In this document: one piece after another, positions 46,616-64,000 of the stretch | Numbering within the stretch: the first letter of the stretch is position 1 | Layout of the letters: each line of letters opens with the position of its first letter | Assembly (NCBI RefSeq): GCF_009914755.1 | Contig: NC_060932.1 | Origin: the human T2T-CHM13v2.0 reference genome, Homo sapiens | Reading direction: 5' to 3' (one strand) | DNA: 64,000 nucleotides | The notes under the pieces: model-generated | What the model was told of the DNA's origin: nothing | The model's database searches: none | What the model saw: the letters and a program-made list of their open reading frames with translations, nothing else | Position numbers and translations under genes: made by a program

Positions 46616-46999
46616 AAAGATGGCATGTGCCTTATTTCTCCACTGTAAAGTTAATAAATATCTGTACTTATTAACAATTTGTAAGTATTTTGTAGGAAGA
46701 TAATTTGAAATTATATAATTTCAAATAATTCACACCAATAGTTCGAATACCAATCCAACACCACAAGATTTATTCTAGCATCCTCTGTTACCATATTTGT
46801 AATTTCTCCAACACTGAAAACCTAGCTCCTATTATCCTCAATATACTTTTTGGCAATACCCATATGTAATCAGTCTCCTAACTATACAGGCCATCTTCTT
46901 AAACCTGTCTCTGCCAAAACTGCCAGCTAAATTCTTGACTCTGTTCCCACTGATTGTGCCAACCTAATTCTTGGCTCTGACAAAGAGGAAGAGGAAGGT

Positions 47000-49375
<2,376 letters not shown>

Positions 49376-49420
49376 ATACTTCTTAAGTTTTTATAGACCA
49401 ATCCTATTCTTATATAGTGA

Positions 49421-49969
<549 letters not shown>

Positions 49970-50194
49970 TGAAGACAATTTAGTAATCCCATTCTCCTTT
50001 GACCACTGGCTCTAAGACTAGACTACTGCAATTTGGAAGCTGCTAAGCCCTAATAATCCCTTATGTAGAAGAGGAAGTGTACATACTGAATTAGGGACAT
50101 TTTACATTTTGTATGAAACTGTAGCTAGTCACAACATAGTTGTAGTTTGTACCTCTTCACTTTTCTGTCCAAGAAGTTGCCTTTCCACTGAGGC

Positions 50195-51225
<1,031 letters not shown>

Positions 51226-51604
51226 ATAAGACTATTTTTTGAAAAGTAAAAAGGAAGCTACAAAGTATCCATATTGTTCATCACCCATGAACAACAATAC
51301 CATGAGGATATGTATAAGTATATTTGGATGGCAAAGTTCAGATGTGAAACCCATCTTAACACACATGCATGCATGCACACATACACAACATACATTTAAG
51401 TTCCCATGCCATTAAAAGGGGTCTCAGAGATCATTCAAAAAATAACTTCCACATTTAAAAGATTGACTTTCTCACTTCGTACTTTGAGAGTTCAAGTGGC
51501 TAATCAATTCTTATATGACCAATAATACAAAATTATACCTATAAGCATTGTCTTATCAAATAACATTTTACCAGAGGAAAAAAAATCTTCAAAGTCAATG
51601 TTTT

Positions 51605-52490
51605 TTTAATTATTAGAGAAATGTAAATTAAAACCACATGCCTGTGGTCCCAGCTACTCAGGAGGCTGAGCTGATCCTGGGAGGATTGCTTGAGCCCAGA
51701 AGTTTGAGGCTGCAGACAGCAATAATTGCGCCACTATATTCCAGCCTGGGTGACAGAGGGAGACACTGTTTCCAAAGAAAAAAAGTAAAAGAAAAGAAAA
51801 AAAAGAAAAAAACAACAACAGATATTGGCAAGGATGTGGAGAAAAGGAATGAAGGGAACGCTTATACACTGTTGGTGGGAATGTAAATTAGTGCAACCTT
51901 TACGGAAAACAGTATGGAGATTTCTCAAAGAACTAAAAATAGAATTACCATTTGATCCAGCAATCCTACTACTGGGTATGTATCCAAAGGGGAAAAAAAT
52001 TATATTAAAAAGATACTTGCACTCGTATTTTATCACAGAACTATTCACAATAGCAAAAATGTGGAATCAGCCTAAGTGTCCTCAGTGAAGGATCGAGTAA
52101 AGAAAATGTGGTATATATCCATGGAATACCATAAAAAGAATGAAATCATGCCTTTTGCAGGAATATGAATGGAACCGGAGGCTATAATCCTAAATAAATT
52201 AACTCAGAAACAGAAAGTCAAATACCACATGTTCTCACTCATAAGTGGGCGCTAAACAAGTGGTACACATGGACATACAGAGTGAAATAGCAGACACTGG
52301 AGACTCCAAAAGGTAGGAGGGTGGGAGCAGGGTGAGGGCCGAAAAATTACCTATTGGGTACCATGTCACTACTTGGGTGATGGGTATACTAAAAGCTTAG
52401 ACTTCACCACTATGAAATATGTGCATGTACGAAAGCTGCACTTGTACCCCCTAAATCTACAAAAATAAAAATTTACTTTAATTTAAAAAC
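51605..52490 (+). mobile_element. L1PB/L1MA-type 3' end with an Alu right arm (~51636-51815)
   Basis: ORF2 C-terminal peptide [24 protein letters not shown]; 3' UTR ending cccctaaatctacaaaaataaaa. Confidence 0.85.
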
Positions 52491-52802
52491 AAAGTCACTA
52501 TTTTTTTCAGGCCACATACTAGAGTCCAAAACCAAAGTAAAGCATCACATTTTAGAAAAACCAAATACTTCTAAAGAGATTATTCTATCTATCTGTCACA
52601 GAAATATGAGATCTGCACTTACTACTTAATAGTCTATTTTATTTCTAGGAAATAAGCAATGTTATTATTAATGTCAAATGAGAAGGCTAATTTGCTTAAT
52701 ATGAGACTAGAACTTCAATTCTCCTCTCACACTAAATCTAAGTGTTGTAATGATTCAAATTTGAGTTGGCCTTTGATGGGATTAAAAGGGAATTGATGAT
52801 GA

Positions 52803-53135
<333 letters not shown>

Positions 53136-53461
53136 CATAATCATCATCAATATAGTAAGGAAATTCAGATGTTATTAGTACTGACCATAACTTTGTCATT
53201 CACTTCGTATAAGAATGTGAAAGAGTGTAAACAATGCATTTTATCATTTTGGGACTTTCTTCCTACCCCCTTTAGTAAAATAGGAATATTATAAAGGCAT
53301 ACATGTTAAAGTATCTGAAAATTGTGATAGATGTTTTTAAAGTAGAAGCCAGGGAATACATTTCTAAATTAGATTTATCTATATTTCAAAAGAAATTTTC
53401 AATTAAATGTTGAAAAATTAGAGCATGTCATCTTGGAAAAGACATTATAAAATTATAAGGA

Positions 53462-54932
53462 GCTCTCCCTCTCCCCCTCCCCCTCCCCCTCCCCCTCCCT
53501 CTCCCTCTCCCCACGGTCTCACTCTCCCTCTCCCTCTCCCTCTTTCCAAGGTCTCCCTCTGATGCCGAGCGGAAGCTGGACTGTACTGCTGCCATCTCTG
53601 CTCACTGCAACCTCCCTGCCTGATTCTCCTGCCTCAGCCTGCTGAGTGCCTGTGATTGCAGGCGCGCGCCGCCACGCCTGACTGGTTTTCGTATTTTTTT
53701 GGTGGACATGGGGTTTCGCTGTGTTGGCCGGGCTGGTCTCCAGCTCCTAACCGCGAGTGATCTGCCAGCCTCAGCCTCCCGAGGTGCCGGGATTGCAGAT
53801 GGAGTCTTGTTCACTCAGTGCTCAATGTTGCCCAGGCTGGAGTGCAGTGGCGTGATCTCTGCTCGCTACAACCTCCACCTCCCAGCCGCCTGCCTTGGCC
53901 TCCCAAAGTGCGAGATTGCAGCCTCTGCCCGGCCGCCACCCCGTCTGGGAAGTGAGGAGCGACTCTGCCTGGCCGCCCATCGTCTGGGATGTGAGGAGCC
54001 CCTCTGCCCGGCCGCCCAGTCTGGGAAGTGAGGAGCGCCTCTTCCCGGCCACCATCCCGTCTAGGAAGTGAGGAGCGTCTCTGCCCGGCCACCCATCTTC
54101 TGAGATGTGGGGAGCGCCTCTGCCCCGCCACCCTGTCTGGGATGTGAGGAGCGCCTCTGCCCGGCCCGTGACCCCGTCTGGGAGGTGAGGAGCGTCTCTG
54201 CCCGGCAGCCGCCCCGTCTGAGAAGTGAGGAGCCCCTCCGCCCGGCAGCCGCCCCATCTGGGAAGTGAGGAGCGTCTCCGCCGGGCAGCCGCCCCGTCCG
54301 GGAGGTGGGGGGCAGCCCCCGCCCGGCCAGCCGCCCCGCCCGGGAGGTGGGGGGCGCCTCTGCCCGGCCGCCCCTTCTGGGAAGTGAGGAGCCCCTCTGC
54401 CCGGCCGCCACCCCGTCTGGGAGGTGTACCCAAAAGCTCATTGAGGATGGGCCATGATGACGATGGCGGTTTTGTCGAGTAAAAGGGGGGGAGATGTGGG
54501 GAAAAGATAGAGAAATCAGATTGTTGCTGTGTCTGTGTAGAGGGAAGTGGACATAGGAGACTCCATTTTGTTCTGTGCTAAGAGAGATTCTTCTGCCTTG
54601 GGATGCTGTTGATCTATGACCTTACCCCCAACCCGGTGCTCTCTGAAACACGTGCTGTGTCCACTCAGGGTTAAATGGATTAAGGGCGGTGCAAGATGTG
54701 CTTTGTTAAACAGATGCTTGAAGGCAGCATGCTCGTTAAGAGTCATCACCACTCCCTAATCTCAAGTACCCAGGGACACAAACACTGTGGAAGGCCCCAG
54801 GGTCCTCTGCCTAGGAAAACCAGAGACCTTTGTTCACTTGTTTATCTGCTGACCTTCCCTCCACTATTGTCCTATGACCCTGCCAAATCCCCCTCTGCGA
54901 GAAACACCCAAGAATGATCAATTAAAAAAAAA
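53462..54932 (+). mobile_element. Full-length SVA (B/C-like)
   Basis: CCCTCT-type hexamers, Alu-like domain, GC-rich VNTR (~53920-54420), SINE-R, A-tail; 13-bp TSD aaaattataagga at 53449-53461 and 54933-54945. Confidence 0.97.
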
Positions 54933-57425
54933 AAAATTATAAGGAAAACAGTCTTAAGTAAGCACATACAGGTTTTTCCCCCTGTACTTTAAAAAATTGT
55001 TGTTTTGGAACTAACTTGTCATTCCTTTGTGTTTGCATACACACACATTAGACAGAACACAGGGACTACACTAACTCAAACACTGCCGATCAGAGCTCAA
55101 CGTAAATGCATTATAAATTATCTTTTCACTAGCTAATCTTAGATCCTTGGGTTCTTGGGAGTATGGCAGAATCACACTTATCAGAAGGTCTCAAGGGACA
55201 CATAAAACTTTCAAATACATGAGGATTTGGATAAGAAGGGAACCTGGCAAATAGGGCTTTGAACTTGGCAGTGCAGATTGCACCATCTACAGCACAAATT
55301 GACAAAGCATCCTTTCCATCTCTCTTGGTTTATAGACAGCCAACTAATGTAGCCAAGTCAGCATACCAAACAAAAGTGTTATGTTCCAGGCTCAATGAAT
55401 TTTGAGTTTCAAGAGTGGTTGGTCTTTCTTTTCATCACTTTGCTAGGGTTAGAGAAATCTAAGAGTCGAAAACTTAACTATAATCTCACATTCAAAAAAA
55501 ATGCTCAACTATTATAAAGCCACCCAACTACTTTTCCAAAAGTTTTAAACCTACTAAACAAGCCCTACATGCTGCTAAAAAAATATGGAATTCACATGTA
55601 GTTACATTTTTACAAGACTGCATACAGGTAAAGTGAGCTTCGAATCAACCAAAAATATATGGTCCCTTCTGGATCTGCTACAGATTTGGTAGGCAAATAA
55701 ACAATTTTAGGTTTATTCCACTCCAACTAAAATATGATAGATGCACCATAGCACTGATTAAAATGTATTGAGAAGTTGGTTATAGACATAGCTTCTATAA
55801 GCATAAAGCTGCAAATCTAAGCTTGGCTGCCTGCATAGAGTTTCCAGGCAGGCCAAAGACCTATGGAACTGAAATTTGTCCCTTAAATTAGTATTGCTTA
55901 ATACAGTCATAAGGGATTTACAAAACCCATAGAATTGCCCATTTTTTAAAAGCTGGAGTGCTGTTAGCTGAAGTATTACTTGGGACTTTAAAAAATCTTA
56001 AAATGGCCTGTTTTTACTTTATTGTTTTGCTTGAAAAAAAATCTAATTGGGAAAAAGTAAATCTCATATTTCTGTTGCATTGAAAGGTTTGAGCTTAATG
56101 ATTAGTAGTATTGGCAACAGTGTAAACAGTCCTCCTTAAATGCATTTTGATTAAATGCATTTAAGATTCCACTTAAGATGCATTTTGCCATGTTCAATAT
56201 GATACTAGACATGGGTGGAAAAACAGCAGATATTTTTCCAAGCAGGAGGCATGATATTGCTAAAATACTCAGCTTCCATCACAGTATTAATTAGTGTGTT
56301 TCACGAACCAAGACTGTAAGACTTGTAAATGAAATTCTAGAAGGGGCATCAAGCTAGAACAGGATATGGAAGCCAAATGGAAAACATGAACCAATAAAAG
56401 AAAAAAGCTAAACTAGCTAGAAGTTTAAGTCTAGTCTTTGAAGTCAGTTCAGGTCCTGCATGGTTTAATTCTGATGTAATCTTAAAATGGTGGATACAAA
56501 CAAGAACTCAGAAACAGCTTTTGTAACTTTTGGACCAACTGCACATGAATCAGTTTGTTGATGGCTATAATGATTACACAGTGGTCTTTGCTGAATTACA
56601 TCTGAATTAAAACAGTCATTTTCTCTTAGGCTAAAATGTAATAATGAAGACTTATCAACAAGAATAGCCATTCTCCAAACACATACACCCACACACACAC
56701 TTATAAAACTTTTTACACAGTATGTTACATTTTGTTGATATATCAAATTATTTGTCTTAACAGCAGTAATGCATAAGCTCTTGCACGCTAGCACATTCTT
56801 CCTGTATGACAATGTGTTTGTTCCTTGTTTGTTCTGTCATTTGTCTCATTTCACATTCTAGTTAATGACATGATTGCTCTTCTGTGTGCAAGAATTTTTT
56901 CTGAGAAGAGATAATTGTCTCGATTTGAAAAAATATATATTTCTGGCAGGATGGGAACTTCAAACACATATGGCGTAAAAGGACTATGCCCATAATAGTC
57001 TTAATGGACAAAAAAAATCCTTCAATTAAAATCACAATCCATTAAGTGCATTCTCCTTTTCTGCCAACAAGCCTTAAAATGAATAGTACACACAACGAAA
57101 AATGTACACTGATTTTTTGTTAACAATTCATTTAAAATCCTCAGATGAAATAAGTGTTACCACTATGTTATAAAGTGTTTTTCTTATGAGCCAAATTAAT
57201 TATTCTTTTAAAGAAATTTAAGCTATTTTCTTCTGATGATGATAAACAGAGAAGTTCAGTAAATAGGTACTACTTTAACTTAGAAAGATAAATAAAAGCT
57301 GAAACAGATTTGATTGAAAATACATAATCTCAGTATAACTTGTGATGAGAATTGAATATGTGGGTTAATATTTCTTTGTAAGATGTATATGTAAATAACA
57401 AGTAAGGAGATTCAACTAAGAACTA

Positions 57426-57483
57426 TTCAGTTGGTGCCATTACCTTTAATGGCAAGACTACGATTACTTTTGCACCAACCTAA
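57426..57483. mobile_element. MADE1 (Hsmar1 MITE), internally deleted
   Basis: ttcagttggtgc...attacttttgcaccaacctaa with TA flanks. Confidence 0.85.
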
Positions 57484-57953
57484 TACAATGATAAGGAATA
57501 GAGTATCCCACATCTATAGTACAGGGTGATTCAATGGCAGCAGTACTGTGTTTAAACCCTAGAAAACAGTCCACAGAAGAAGAAACAGCCATTGCCACGA
57601 TTTTCTGGTAAATAATTATAAAATTTCAGTCTCATTAAATTATTCAGTGTCCAATAAGTGCTAAGGATATAAGTAAGACATGTAAACAAAAAGTGCAATA
57701 CTGTTGTTTAGTACAAAAGCAGATATATGTGTGCCATGGCAAGACAAAAGAGAAAAAGATGAACTCAGTTGGAGAAGAAAAGGGAAGGGGTCAGGGACAG
57801 CTTTACAAAGGAAACAATTTTCAAGTTGGACTTTTGAAAAAATGGATAGGAGCTCTGCAGGTTAAAGAGGGAAGGAATTCCCAGACAGATGAACCAGTTA
57901 TGAAACTGCCATAACCCACTTGTGAGCTGTAAGTAATTTATTTTATAATAGTA

Positions 57954-64000
<6,047 letters not shown>

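Noticed and set aside
53602-54917. Long overlapping ORFs (110-203 aa) on both strands
   Set aside because: They arise from the stop-poor, GC-rich SVA VNTR and Alu-like domain; there is no evidence of a gene.

Overview
Human (primate) genomic DNA, recognisable as the VPS13B-COX6C locus (chr8q22, from recall of the protein sequences). Bases 1-4540 hold the last intron, last coding exon and 3' UTR of VPS13B (+). The complete four-exon COX6C gene lies convergently on the minus strand (~4825-20670), with its CpG-island/NRF-1 promoter at ~20-20.8 kb. The remaining ~43 kb is intergenic and dominated by transposable elements: Alus, L1s, solo LTRs, Tigger/Charlie/MADE1 DNA elements and one full-length SVA. 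I see no new protein-coding gene, RNA gene or CRISPR-like system. The most interesting signals are: (1) the splice acceptor of the first coding COX6C exon appears to be supplied by an ERV1 solo LTR that displaced the ancestral polypyrimidine tract; (2) the SVA carries a cluster of A>G changes with an ADAR-like neighbour preference; (3) an L1PA insertion has both a 5' inversion and a ~214-bp 3' transduction; (4) an Alu has an inverted left arm; (5) four separate locally templated insertion scars occur. Repeat subfamily names and consensus comparisons are from memory, and repeat boundaries are approximate unless TSDs are quoted.
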